DNA from: Cyanobacteria bacterium auto_48_18
Lineage (GTDB): Bacteria; Cyanobacteriota; Vampirovibrionia; Obscuribacterales; Obscuribacteraceae
Direction: 5' to 3'
DNA length: 64,000 nt
Assembly (NCBI GenBank): GCA_036170915.1
Contig: JAVHQC010000035.1
Span: forward strand, 256,001-320,000
Below the pieces are notes generated by a model that saw only the letters and a program-made list of their open reading frames with translations, did not search any database and had not been told where the DNA came from. Below are positions 9,901-20,077 of the stretch, piece by piece. Positions within the stretch are counted from its first letter, which is position 1, and each line of letters begins with the position of its first letter. A program made the translations under genes and the position numbers.

Positions 9901-11535
9901 TTAAATCAATACGTGCTCGTTGTGCCTTTGCCTGATGGTGTTGGCAGCCCGCTCAAGGTAGTGATGGTCGAGATACTTTGTGATTGCCCGGGTCAATCTT
10001 TTGATGCCTTCAACTATGCGCTCGTTGGAATTTTGAATAAAACAAAGGCGCAAATGATTGAGCGAATTAGAATCAAGGAAACACAAATCGCCAGGCGAAA
10101 ACACAACTTTTTCAGCCACGGCAAATTCGAGTAAATCGCGATTTGATACACCCTCAGGCAAAGTCAGCCAGATGAATAAACCGCCTGCTGGTGTGGACCA
10201 GCTGATATCAGGATAGTGGCGCAACTCTTGGCTTAGAGCAGCAATGATTGTATCGCGACGTTCAGCGTAGATTTTGTTGACTTTGCTTAAGTGCTCCTGA
10301 TAAAGACCACGGTGCAAAAATTCGGTGAGAATAACCTGGGCCATAGAATTGGTAGCTAAATCGCTGGTTCTTTTTGCAAAACTCAATTTATCAATTACAT
10401 CTTGTGGTGCTACCAGCCAGCCAAGCCGAATGCCAGGGCAGAGGGCCTTGGAGAAAGTACCTTGATAAATGACCATATCTTCGCCGCCAGGCAGCGACCT
10501 CAGAGAAGGTAGGGGTTCGCCATCGTAAGCCAGATCGCCAGAGTAATCGTCTTCTAAAATAGGAGTTTGGTATTTGCGTGCCAGAGCTAACAGGCCCTTT
10601 CGCCTGGCCAGTGACATAGTAATACCGGTGGGATTCTGATTGTTAGGCATGACATAAATAAACTTAGGCTGATACCGAATCAGGTGCCCTTCCACAGCTT
10701 GCAGTGAAATGCCTTCTTCATCAAGCGGGCAACCAATAAGCTGCGCCTGTCTGGCTTTAAAATTAGAAATGGCCCAGAAATATGTGGGCTCTTCTACTAG
10801 AACGCAGTCACCCGGATCAATCAGTAAGTTAGCCACCAGGTCAATACCTTGCTGAGAGCCGCTGAGAATCAGCAGTTCTTGATCGGCAAAGCTCATGCCG
10901 CGCAAAGCTAAATGCTTGGTCACCGCCCTGCGCAAGTCAGGCTCTCCGGCAAAGGGGCTGTAATCAAACATGGTGGCACCACGGCCGTGAGACAAAAGAT
11001 CAAGAACGATTTTTTCGAACTCATGACTGGGATAAGAGTCTTGCGACGGTATGCCACCAGCAAATGAAATGAATGCATCGCCAGAACTTAGCTGGGGCAA
11101 TTTGTTCATAGAACTTGAGAGGCCATCAGCATAGCGAGAAAAAATTGCCGGCCACTGAACTTTTTCTTCTGACGTTGATAAGGACAATTGCTTACCGGTA
11201 CTTGAGCTCAAATTAGAGCGCGCACTGGCAGAACTTAAAGAACTGACAGAACTTACAAAAGTCCCGCGACCGACATGCGACTCAATCAATCCAAGCTGCG
11301 AGAGTTCAAGGTAAGCTCTAGCTACCGTAGAGCGATCTATTTTGAGTTCTTGAGCCAGTTCACGATTGGTAGGCAGGCGAACTCCGGCAGCCATTTCGCC
11401 AGACTGAATTGCCGCCTTGAGGCTTTCCACCACTCGCACATATAAGTGAGAGTTGCTTGGTTTAGCCGCAGATTTGACTGCGATGCTTCTGCTGACTCCA
11501 GCCAATTCTTGGGCTAATTTATCCTGCCAATTCAT
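9901..11535 (-). CDS. MocR/GabR family transcriptional regulator (GntR wHTH plus PLP aminotransferase domain), likely PdxR-like
   Basis: RLPTNRELA...STVARAY...GRGTFV wHTH; SGSQQG, NPTG, EDDY and TFSKALCPGIRLGW; lies directly upstream of pdxST. Confidence 0.9.
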   Translation of the reverse strand: MNWQDKLAQELAGVSRSIAVKSAAKPSNSHLYVRVVESLKAAIQSGEMAAGVRLPTNRELAQELKIDRSTVARAYLELSQLGLIESHVGRGTFVSSVSSLSSASARSNLSSSTGKQLSLSTSEEKVQWPAIFSRYADGLSSSMNKLPQLSSGDAFISFAGGIPSQDSYPSHEFEKIVLDLLSHGRGATMFDYSPFAGEPDLRRAVTKHLALRGMSFADQELLILSGSQQGIDLVANLLIDPGDCVLVEEPTYFWAISNFKARQAQLIGCPLDEEGISLQAVEGHLIRYQPKFIYVMPNNQNPTGITMSLARRKGLLALARKYQTPILEDDYSGDLAYDGEPLPSLRSLPGGEDMVIYQGTFSKALCPGIRLGWLVAPQDVIDKLSFAKRTSDLATNSMAQVILTEFLHRGLYQEHLSKVNKIYAERRDTIIAALSQELRHYPDISWSTPAGGLFIWLTLPEGVSNRDLLEFAVAEKVVFSPGDLCFLDSNSLNHLRLCFIQNSNERIVEGIKRLTRAITKYLDHHYLERAANTIRQRHNEHVLI

Positions 11536-11634
11536 TTATAGACCGTTTACAGACCAATTATAGACCATGATTGACCCAATATATACCAGCCATTACTGCC
11601 AGGCAATCCAGCCAATGTCATAATTTACCAGCCA
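11536..11634 (-). promoter_or_regulatory. Direct-repeat cluster upstream of the MocR regulator, candidate autoregulatory operator
   Basis: TTA(T/C)AGACC three times at 11-bp period (11536, 11547, 11558) and CCAGCCA three times (11586, 11608, 11628). Confidence 0.5.
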
Positions 11635-11679
11635 ATTCGATAAAAGGCTTTAAATGGTTTTTACATGGAAGCTAAAAGA

Positions 11680-12513
11680 CTAAATAGCTGAATGATCGGC
11701 AGAATCGGCTAATTCAGGATCAAATTCACCAGGAGATTTTAATTCTCCGTGCGATGCAGCAGCGATGTTGAGTTCTCTTTTTTGATCGAGCACTGAATCA
11801 ATGTTCACACCAGAAAATGCAGCGAGAAAAGATAGCCCCAGGTTGCTTGCAAACATAAGTGACATAGCAACTGACACCATGCCATTGAATGTGGTGACAG
11901 ATATTGCCAGCATGCAGAGCCAGACCGGCAGATGCGCCCACGCTAGAGATCGTGGCAAGACGCGGGTTCTACTCAGACAATGAGTAATCGCTAAACCGGC
12001 CAGACCATACAAGGCTGACGAAATCATGAAGGTCTCAGTAATTGATTGATTGATCAAAGTCCAGCCGATTTGCACCAGTTCGTTGCCCGTGTAGGTACAA
12101 ATGGCAGTGCCTTGCAGGGCGATATCACTGAACAAAACCATCATTCGGCTCACAGCAGCAAGATCTTGCGAACAAGCCAGAACAGCCAAACATACAGCCA
12201 CGCCGATGATAAAGCGAAATTTCTCTTCTAGTATTTCTCGCATGGCGAGAATGAAAACTAGAGTAGAGATACTGGAGCATATTACCGAGAGACAGCAAAT
12301 TCTCCACAACACAAGATGTCGCGGCACAAATTCCATCAAACGGGCTGGTGTAAAATCGACGAAATTTCCTTCGCGAAAAGCGTAAACGCAAAGCAGCGTT
12401 GCCGCAGTGTGAGCGATGGCGGCAAGCAAGCAAGTAAGTTGCACAAAGCGGTGGCGCCGCATGGGCGAAGGTGCAGAAACGAGGGCTGTTGTATCTGGCT
12501 TAAAATCAGCCAT
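11680..12513 (-). CDS. Integral membrane hypothetical protein (DUF4386-like)
   Basis: About 6 hydrophobic segments; begins 4 bp after the serS stop. Confidence 0.65.
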   Translation of the reverse strand: MADFKPDTTALVSAPSPMRRHRFVQLTCLLAAIAHTAATLLCVYAFREGNFVDFTPARLMEFVPRHLVLWRICCLSVICSSISTLVFILAMREILEEKFRFIIGVAVCLAVLACSQDLAAVSRMMVLFSDIALQGTAICTYTGNELVQIGWTLINQSITETFMISSALYGLAGLAITHCLSRTRVLPRSLAWAHLPVWLCMLAISVTTFNGMVSVAMSLMFASNLGLSFLAAFSGVNIDSVLDQKRELNIAAASHGELKSPGEFDPELADSADHSAI

Positions 12514-12517
12514 TGAC

Positions 12518-13801
12518 TCAAGTAACTGCTGCTAGTTTGGCTGCAATGACGCTGACACCCATGTATGGTTGCAACACAGTGGGCACTCTCACAGAACCGT
12601 CGGGCTGTTGATTGTTTTCCAGAATGGCTGCCATGGCCCTACCAATCGCTAAACCAGAGCCGTTGATGGTATGCAAATATTTCGCTTTGCCACCATCAGT
12701 GGGTTTGTAGCGCAGATTGGCACGGCGCGCCTGGAAGTCACCAAAGACTGAGCAAGAGCTGATTTCACGATACTTATCTTGAGCAGGGAACCAAACTTCC
12801 AGGTCATAACACTTGGAGGCACAAAAACCCATGTCACCGCTGCAAAGCAGCATGCGTCGATAAGGTAATTCAAGAGCTTCTAAAATAAGTTCGGCGTCCC
12901 GTGTCAATTTTTCATGTTCTTCAGCACTGGTTTCGGGAGTGCAAAATTTAACCAGTTCGACTTTATTGAACTGATGCTGGCGAATGTATCCGCGAGTGTC
13001 TTTACCAGCGCTGCCTGCTTCTCGTCTAAAATTAGGCGTATACGCGCAATGATTAATGGGCAAATCGGCTTCGTCAATTACTTCTTCTCGATAGAGATTG
13101 GTAATCGGCACTTCCGCCGTTGGCACCAGATATAGTTCGTCATCAGCGCACTTGTAAAAGTCATCGGCAAATTTAGGTAACTGGCCTGTGCCCACTAAAC
13201 AATTTCGATTTACCAAAATTGGGGGAAAGACTTCGCTATAGCCCCGCTTAGAATGGCTATCGAGCATGAAATTCATCAATGCTCGCTCCATTTTTGCGCC
13301 CCAGTTCATCAGAACTGTGAAGCGCGACTCGGCAATTTTTACGCCGCGTTCAAAATCGAAGATGCCTAATTCAGCACCGATATCATAGTGATGGCGCGGA
13401 TTTTTGATACCAGGGATGGTGCCCCAGGTAGAGATAATTTTGTTTTCTTCTTCATTTTTACCATCAGGCACGTCGGCGCCGGGCATGTTGGGAATAGCAA
13501 GAGCGAGCTGAGTTCTTTGCCCCTCGAGCACTCTCTTTTCTTCCTCGACTTCACCCTGTCGACTTTTAATTTCTTTGGTCTCGCTCTTAAAGCTCTCTTT
13601 TTCAGGGCCGGAAAGCTTACCAGACTTAAATAACTCAGAAATTTCATTGCTGCGGCAGTTTAATGCTTCCCATTCAGACTGCACTTTGCGCAACCTGGCG
13701 TCGATTTCTACCAGTTCTTTTATGGAAAAACCGCCGTGACGGCGTGCAAGCGCAGCTTCTACGGCGTCTGGATTTTCTCTGATCAATTTAAGGTCTAACA
13801 T
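12518..13801 (-). CDS. serS: Serine--tRNA ligase
   Basis: MLDLKLIRENP start, PTAEVP, FRREAGSAGKDTRG, EISSCS and HTINGSGLAIGR. Confidence 0.98.
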   Translation of the reverse strand: MLDLKLIRENPDAVEAALARRHGGFSIKELVEIDARLRKVQSEWEALNCRSNEISELFKSGKLSGPEKESFKSETKEIKSRQGEVEEEKRVLEGQRTQLALAIPNMPGADVPDGKNEEENKIISTWGTIPGIKNPRHHYDIGAELGIFDFERGVKIAESRFTVLMNWGAKMERALMNFMLDSHSKRGYSEVFPPILVNRNCLVGTGQLPKFADDFYKCADDELYLVPTAEVPITNLYREEVIDEADLPINHCAYTPNFRREAGSAGKDTRGYIRQHQFNKVELVKFCTPETSAEEHEKLTRDAELILEALELPYRRMLLCSGDMGFCASKCYDLEVWFPAQDKYREISSCSVFGDFQARRANLRYKPTDGGKAKYLHTINGSGLAIGRAMAAILENNQQPDGSVRVPTVLQPYMGVSVIAAKLAAVT

Positions 13802-13893
13802 TTTGAACTTCTTTGTGAGCGATGACGTTATAGGAAGTAGGGCCGGAATTTTCACCCGGTTCCAGATTATAGCTTTTGAGGAGGGGCAATGCC

Positions 13894-14403
13894 ATGGAAC
13901 TGACAGCTAATACTAAGAAGTGGAGACAAACTCTAGGCACATTAGGTGAACAAATAGCCTCTGAGTATCTGGCAGAGCAGGGTTTTCAATTGCTGGCGCA
14001 AAACTATAGAGCCGGTCGCAGCGGTGAAATTGACTTGATTGCCTTGAAAGACCTGCAGCCTGAGCGCAAAAAGCTGATTATGTTCGCAGAAGTCAAAACC
14101 AGACTGGAAGACAGCCCTGGCTGTGGTCTTGCACAAACTGGGCAAATGTCTATCGACTTGCGCAAGCAGAAAAAGATCATCACTACTGCTTTACATTTTC
14201 TCGGGCAAGCTAAACAGGTGGGCTCAAAAGTCTACATGCCGCAGTTGTCTGGCTCACGCACACTACAATTTGATGTGATTTTGATTAACTATCAGCTCAG
14301 CCGCAACCAGATACTGGCACTTCTGTTTGCAGGTGACCTGGTAACCCTGAGAAACAACGCCAGCGTCATTCATCTCATGGAGGCATTTGGGCGCTTTCAA
14401 TAA
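13894..14403 (+). CDS. yraN: YraN (UPF0102) family protein
   Basis: LGTLGEQIASEYL, NYR...GEIDLIA, FAEVKTR and FDVI; GAGGAGG RBS upstream. Confidence 0.88.
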   Translation: MELTANTKKWRQTLGTLGEQIASEYLAEQGFQLLAQNYRAGRSGEIDLIALKDLQPERKKLIMFAEVKTRLEDSPGCGLAQTGQMSIDLRKQKKIITTALHFLGQAKQVGSKVYMPQLSGSRTLQFDVILINYQLSRNQILALLFAGDLVTLRNNASVIHLMEAFGRFQ

Positions 14404-14520
14404 ATTAATTTCAAAGTATATACTCAAAGGCCCTGGCTAATTACAGGCAGGGCCTTGGTATGTCAATATGGCAAGCGCAGGGAACAGATATCAGACTGAA
14501 GTGTTTTGAGGATTTAAATC

Positions 14521-15471
14521 ATGTTTTCTTGGAAAGACAAGCGCTCACAAGCAGAACAAGCGCAAATGCTCAAAGACACCATCAGCAATCACAAAGGGCT
14601 GAATAAGCGCGCTGTGGGCCTTTTTCCACAACCAAAAGATGAGCGCCCCAGCGACATTGATCTCTCCAGCCATGTCAAATTTCACAATCTTCTCGTTGCC
14701 ATTGAAGGCAGAGAAGAAACCTGCGTTATTCGCATGATTTCACCTGGTCAAAAGTGCCGGGCCGCCGCTCTGGTTTTTCGCGGCCGGGTGCTTGCCTGCG
14801 TCTACGGTCGAGAAGACAGCGAAACCCAGTTGCTCGGTCAAGAAGCATTCAATCAAGCCAAACTGCAAATGCTAGCCAGCGATGCCATTGTTGATACTTA
14901 TAAAATCGATGACAAAACTGCTATCGCCGCATCATCCATGTTTCATGGCGAGCTCTATGATCCGCAATGCATGATGACACCACAAGACGTTTTACATTTT
15001 TCACTCGAACATTTGCTTGAAAGCAACGCTCCAGGCACCATTGTCATCAACGAAGGCGACGGCACCAAAGCAATAATCTACACTTTTAAAGGGAAAGTAC
15101 ATGGTATTTTCTCCTTCAAAGACGGCTGGATTGAACCATCGATTGATAATGCCAGGGGAATTCTACACGGAATTTATAACGCCAATATTTCAGCGTCGAA
15201 ACTGCGCCTTTGCAATATCTGGGAACTGAAGCCATTTACTTTCTCCCTCACTGGTTTAGAAGAGCAGTTGTCTTCAGGCAAGCAATACGCTTCACTAAGC
15301 CTCGACTACTCTGAGTTGAAAAAAGTTGAGCAGAAGCACAAAGACGGCCTGGGTACTGCATTACATGCAGACAGAGAAGAACAATTCAAAGCTGCTCACC
15401 CTGAGAATGCCCCCAAAAGTAGCGGCAACCCATGGAAAAGTGCCCGCGGCAATAAAATCGGCGGAAACTAA
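14521..15471 (+). CDS. Hypothetical protein with two similar alpha/beta modules (possibly DUF4388/PATAN-like)
   Basis: Repeated motif ALVFRGRVLAC / IIYTFKGKVHGI; GAGGA RBS. Confidence 0.6.
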   Translation: MFSWKDKRSQAEQAQMLKDTISNHKGLNKRAVGLFPQPKDERPSDIDLSSHVKFHNLLVAIEGREETCVIRMISPGQKCRAAALVFRGRVLACVYGREDSETQLLGQEAFNQAKLQMLASDAIVDTYKIDDKTAIAASSMFHGELYDPQCMMTPQDVLHFSLEHLLESNAPGTIVINEGDGTKAIIYTFKGKVHGIFSFKDGWIEPSIDNARGILHGIYNANISASKLRLCNIWELKPFTFSLTGLEEQLSSGKQYASLSLDYSELKKVEQKHKDGLGTALHADREEQFKAAHPENAPKSSGNPWKSARGNKIGGN

Positions 15472-15480
15472 AATTTACCA

Positions 15481-16821
15481 ATGACGGCTGAAAAAATAAA
15501 AACCGAAAGTCCAAATCAGAGCATCATGCCGGTGACGGCCGCGATTAACGAGCACAATCACCTCACTGTGGGTGGCATCGACGTGGTTGACCTGGTGCAA
15601 GAATTTGGCAGCCCGCTCTGGATTGTGTGCGAAGAAACTATTCGCCAATCTGCCGAGGCCGTCAAACTCGGATTGAGCAATTATGGTCAGGCCCTGCCAT
15701 GTTATGCCGGTAAGGCATTTTTGTGCCTGGCACTAGTAAAGCTAATTGCAGATCTCGATTTTGGCCTTGACGTTGTCTCAGAAGGCGAATTATTCACAGC
15801 ACTGAAAGCCGGTTTTCCTGCTGAGAAAATTTTCTTTCATGGAAACAACAAAAGCGATCGCGAATTAAAAATGGCTCTCAATGCCGCAATTAAAATCGTT
15901 GTCGACAACGAAAGTGAGTTAGCGACTCTCATCGCTTTAGCTAAACCGCTGAGAAGAAAAGTAGAAATTCTCCTGCGCATTATTCCTGGTATAGAACTTG
16001 ACACCCACGACCATATTAAAACCGGCCACGATAAAAGCAAATTTGGTATTCCCTTAGATCAACTGGGCGCCGCCATTGAACTGATTGCCAGCCAGAAGAA
16101 TGTTGAATTACTGGGGCTGCATGCTCATATCGGCAGCCAGGGTATGGACCTTGAGCCTTTTCTCGAAAGTGTGGACGTATTTGCCGAGCTCTATGCCAAT
16201 CTAAAAGACAAATACAATCTCACACTGCCGCATCTAGACGTGGGCGGCGGCCTGGGCATTGCCTACACAGCCGATGATCATCCTCTGGCACTGCAAAGCT
16301 GGGCTCGAGCGCTAAGCGTAAAAGTCAAAGAAGCTTTCAACGCTAGAAATTTGCCCATCCCCGAACTTTCTGTCGAACCAGGACGCGCAATTGTCGGCAC
16401 CTCAGGGGTAACCGTTTATCAGAGTGGCCACTTAAAAGAATTGCCAGGAATAAACTACCTGGCTGTAGACGGCGGCATGGCCGACAACCCTCGGCCGATT
16501 ACCTATCAAGCAAAATATACCGCTGCAGTAGCCAATCGCATGGTCGGCGAGCATGACAAAATCAAGCCCTGGTCAATCGTTGGCAGATATTGCGAATCGG
16601 GCGACATAATTGTAGAAGAAGCAAAATTGGACGCCCGGGAGGGTGATTTGATTGCTGTATTTGCCACAGGTGCATACAATTACAGTATGTCATCCAATTA
16701 CAATCGCACAGCCAGACCAGCCTGCGTGCTGGTGAAAAACGGCCGGGCCGAAATAATTCTGGAGCGCGAGACACTTAAAGATTTAGTCAGCCACGACCGT
16801 ATTCCCAGTTGGCTAACTTGA
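15481..16821 (+). CDS. lysA: Diaminopimelate decarboxylase
   Basis: YAGKAF PLP lysine, HGNNKS, HAHIGSQ, GGGLGI, EPGRAIV, CESGD and GAYNYSMSSNYN. Confidence 0.97.
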   Translation: MTAEKIKTESPNQSIMPVTAAINEHNHLTVGGIDVVDLVQEFGSPLWIVCEETIRQSAEAVKLGLSNYGQALPCYAGKAFLCLALVKLIADLDFGLDVVSEGELFTALKAGFPAEKIFFHGNNKSDRELKMALNAAIKIVVDNESELATLIALAKPLRRKVEILLRIIPGIELDTHDHIKTGHDKSKFGIPLDQLGAAIELIASQKNVELLGLHAHIGSQGMDLEPFLESVDVFAELYANLKDKYNLTLPHLDVGGGLGIAYTADDHPLALQSWARALSVKVKEAFNARNLPIPELSVEPGRAIVGTSGVTVYQSGHLKELPGINYLAVDGGMADNPRPITYQAKYTAAVANRMVGEHDKIKPWSIVGRYCESGDIIVEEAKLDAREGDLIAVFATGAYNYSMSSNYNRTARPACVLVKNGRAEIILERETLKDLVSHDRIPSWLT

Positions 16822-16847
16822 AACCAGGCAGTTCAATTTGAGGTTTC

Positions 16848-17738
16848 ATGCCAGATCTGAGCGATTTCATCAAACAAATTGATTTGCTCACATGGGGCAA
16901 AACACTGCTGCAAGTGCTGATTGTATTTTACGCAGTGCTTTGGGTCTGGCGACGTATTGTCGGCACGCACGCAGAGCGTCTGGTCAAGGGTTTGCTGGTG
17001 CTGGCAGCCATCAGCCTGGCTTCCTCGTGGCTGCAGCTTACTTTGATCACTTCAATTTTGCATCATCTAATTCCGGCGGCAGCTCTGGCACTGGTTATGG
17101 TTTTCCAGCCGGAAATCAGGCGGGGTCTAGGCTACCTTGGCCGCGTGCAAACCTTCAAATTTGATCTTTCACTGACCAATAGCGATGCTACTCGCACCAG
17201 TCGTGATATCACTCAAATAATTCAAGCAGTCACCGAATTATCGCGCACCAAAACCGGTGCCCTGATAGTAATTGAACCTCCAGAAGGAGAACGCGATTAT
17301 TTGAGCCCCGGCACACCAGTCAATGCTGATATTTCAGCCACTCTACTGCTGGCTTTGTTCTTTCCTAAATCGCCCCTGCATGATGGCGCGGTGGTGATTC
17401 GCAAGCAAAAGATTGTGGCCGCTGGTGTGATTTTGCCCATGACCGACAATGCGAAACTATCATACAAGTATGGCACCAGACACCGGGCGGCCATAGGCCT
17501 GTCAGAAACCTACGACGGTCTTTGTATAGTGGTGTCTGAAGAAACCGGCGCGATTTCGGCAGCCAGCCGGGGCATGCTGGCTAGCTATGCTACTGCCGAA
17601 GACCTTACAGATCCTATTGCTTACCTTTACTATCAGGGCAGCGAAGAACAGCATACAAGCCCGCTCAACTCATTCATGTCGCTTTTTGGACGGGGCAAAA
17701 ATGAAGCGGTGCCGGCAAGCAAATCTTCAGAAGTTTAA
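16848..17738 (+). CDS. cdaA: Diadenylate cyclase CdaA (c-di-AMP synthase)
   Basis: Three N-terminal TM helices, FQPEIRR, catalytic HDGA and GTRHRAA motifs, VSEETG. Confidence 0.95.
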   Translation: MPDLSDFIKQIDLLTWGKTLLQVLIVFYAVLWVWRRIVGTHAERLVKGLLVLAAISLASSWLQLTLITSILHHLIPAAALALVMVFQPEIRRGLGYLGRVQTFKFDLSLTNSDATRTSRDITQIIQAVTELSRTKTGALIVIEPPEGERDYLSPGTPVNADISATLLLALFFPKSPLHDGAVVIRKQKIVAAGVILPMTDNAKLSYKYGTRHRAAIGLSETYDGLCIVVSEETGAISAASRGMLASYATAEDLTDPIAYLYYQGSEEQHTSPLNSFMSLFGRGKNEAVPASKSSEV

Positions 17739-18520
17739 ACAACAGCCAACTCTTCTACAATCAGGCGGGCAGCAGCTTTGCGATCTTTGGCCTTAACAAT
17801 AGGTCGACCGACAACAATATAATCGGCACCACGGGCAATGGCATCTCCAGGCGTAACAATACGTGATTGATCATTTGCTTCCGCCCATTTTGGTCTGATA
17901 CCCGGCGTGACAATAAGAAAATCATCGCCGCATGCCTCTCTAATTGCCGCTGCTTCTTGAGCCGATGCCACCACCCCGTCAAGGCCACACCGTTGTGCCA
18001 TCTTAGCCAGATAGGGCACCATTTGCGGCAGTGGCAATTGTACTTTCAACTCGTCTTCTAGAGCTCGGCCGTCCATGCTGGTTAAAATAGTGACGGCAAT
18101 TAAAGCTGGTCTATTTGCCAAAGCCGCGGGTGTAAGCGACCCGCTTGCTTTCAATTCGCCGTAGGCTTCAGCACTGGCTCTGGCTGCCGCTTCCATCATG
18201 GCTACGCCGCCCATGGCGTGGAGATTGAATATATCTACCGATTGCCTTACCGCCGCCTTGCAAGCATGAGCCACGGTATTGGGAATGTCGTGAAATTTAC
18301 CGTCAAAGAACAATTTCACGCCATATTCTTTAGCCAGTGCAAATAAAGTGGTGCCGCAAGCAGTGAACAATTCAAGACCACACTTGAAGACGCCCACATC
18401 ATCTTTCAGTTCTTCAATCAGAGCCCGCGCCTCTGCCTCAGACGAAACATCAAGGGCCACAATCAATCTGTCTTTAGGGGTCAGTTGCCTTTTCACGCCG
18501 TCATCCTTATATACTTGCAT
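17735..18520 (-). CDS. pyrF: Orotidine-5'-phosphate decarboxylase
   Basis: LIVALD, DGKFHDIPNT, VTPGIRP and YIVVGRPI; convergent with cdaA and overlapping it by 4 bp. Confidence 0.96.
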   Translation of the reverse strand: MQVYKDDGVKRQLTPKDRLIVALDVSSEAEARALIEELKDDVGVFKCGLELFTACGTTLFALAKEYGVKLFFDGKFHDIPNTVAHACKAAVRQSVDIFNLHAMGGVAMMEAAARASAEAYGELKASGSLTPAALANRPALIAVTILTSMDGRALEDELKVQLPLPQMVPYLAKMAQRCGLDGVVASAQEAAAIREACGDDFLIVTPGIRPKWAEANDQSRIVTPGDAIARGADYIVVGRPIVKAKDRKAAARLIVEELAVV

Positions 18521-18557
18521 GGCATTGTACTATTAGAACTTTAGTAGGAACACACTG

Positions 18558-19607
18558 GTGCATTCGACTATTTTTATTGCCAGAGCTTGTTTTGTCACAA
18601 TGTTTCTGCTGGTCTTATCTTTAAGCCAGGGCCACTTGCAGCCCGCGGTGGCCGTCAATGCATCTCAGTTTAACCAGAACCTGGGCACAGGTATAAATCT
18701 CGGTAACGCTCTTGACGCACCCAAAGAGGGGGAATGGGGCGTAACTCTAGAAGCGGATTATTTTCGCCTGATAAAAGAAGCAGGGTTCAGCCATGTGCGC
18801 CTGCCCGTGCGCTGGTCAAGTCATGCCGACCAACAAGCCCCGTACAAAATAGACCCGAGCTTTATTGCCCGGGTACGTTGGGCGATTAAACAAGCAGGCC
18901 AGAATAATCTTAAAGTCGTGCTCAACATGCACCATTACGAAGAATTCGAGCTTGATCCGGATGCTCATAGAGAGCGCTTTTTGGCACTATGGAAACAAAT
19001 TAGCGAAGAATTCAAAAACGAGTCAATCGATCAAGTTGCTTTTGAAATTTACAATGAGCCGGCAAAAAAAATCAACGCCGCTTTCTGGAATAAATTGTTT
19101 GCTGAGGCACTAGCCATGGTGCGTAAGAATAATCGTGAGCGAATTATCGTTGTCGGCCCTGTGCAATGGAATAGCGTCACCGCGCTCGACACTTTGCAAT
19201 TGCCTGATGACAAAAACCTGCTGGTTACTATCCACTACTACGAACCATTCCACTTCACTCACCAGGGCGCAGAGTGGGTAGGAGCAGAGAGTAAAAACTG
19301 GCTGGGCACAACCTGGTCTGGCGACGCAGCACAAATGGCCGCAGTGGAAAGCGATTTCAACAAAGCGCAGAAGTGGGCTGCCGCTCGTGAGCGCCCCATT
19401 TATCTTGGTGAATTCGGCGCTTACAGCAAAGCCGACATGCCTTCTAGAGCTAAGTACACTCAGGCAGTGCGAGAAACAGCTATCAAGCATGGCTTTTCAG
19501 CGGCCTACTGGGAGTTCTGTTCAGGATTTGGCGCTTACGACACAACCAGCCGCAGCTGGCGTAAGCCACTCTGGGACGCGCTCATACCGACAAAAGCTGG
19601 CCATTGA
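18558..19607 (+). CDS. Secreted glycoside hydrolase family 5 (endoglucanase-like)
   Basis: Signal peptide; GINLGNALDAP, VRLPVRW, acid/base NEP, HYYEPFHFTHQGA, nucleophile GEFG and YWEF. Confidence 0.93.
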   Translation: MHSTIFIARACFVTMFLLVLSLSQGHLQPAVAVNASQFNQNLGTGINLGNALDAPKEGEWGVTLEADYFRLIKEAGFSHVRLPVRWSSHADQQAPYKIDPSFIARVRWAIKQAGQNNLKVVLNMHHYEEFELDPDAHRERFLALWKQISEEFKNESIDQVAFEIYNEPAKKINAAFWNKLFAEALAMVRKNNRERIIVVGPVQWNSVTALDTLQLPDDKNLLVTIHYYEPFHFTHQGAEWVGAESKNWLGTTWSGDAAQMAAVESDFNKAQKWAAARERPIYLGEFGAYSKADMPSRAKYTQAVRETAIKHGFSAAYWEFCSGFGAYDTTSRSWRKPLWDALIPTKAGH

Positions 19608-19721
19608 AATAGAACCATTGACCAGGCAACCGCTGAACATGAAAAGAGACCTGGCAACTAATCAATTGCCAAGTCGTCTTAAAAATAAATCACAAATAGC
19701 TTATCGCTTTGACACTAGAAA

Positions 19722-19946
19722 CTAAGGTGCAGCTGTAGTGGCTGCTCCATCGCGTTTGTAGCGCTTCATAAAGCGGTCTACACGACCTTCTGTGTCAACA
19801 ATTTTTTGTTGACCGGTATAGAAGGGGTGACAGGCGCTGCAAATTTCAACGCGAATCGCTTGTTTTGTGGAACCCAGCTTTACAGCATTACCGCAGACAC
19901 AGGTCGCGATAACTTCTGAATACTTGGGATGAATTCCTTCCTTCAT
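19722..19946 (-). CDS. rpmE: 50S ribosomal protein L31, Zn-binding type
   Basis: MKEGIHPKY...CVCGN...[10 protein letters not shown]...GRVDRF. Confidence 0.97.
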   Translation of the reverse strand: MKEGIHPKYSEVIATCVCGNAVKLGSTKQAIRVEICSACHPFYTGQQKIVDTEGRVDRFMKRYKRDGAATTAAP

Positions 19947-20077
19947 GATGACACCCTGAATTTTTAGAATAAGGCAAAAGATACCACGCATTGAAAGGCC
20001 ATGCCGCTCCTCTCAACATTATCGTAAGGTCCCTTAACAGAAAACCTGAAAAGACTTCAATATCTATATTAGCGGAT

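Noticed and set aside
18558..19607. GH5 glucanase as an algal-wall predation factor linked to the Tad/RpoB locus
   Set aside because: It is over 11 kb away among housekeeping genes and GH5 enzymes are widespread; nothing in the sequence supports a link.
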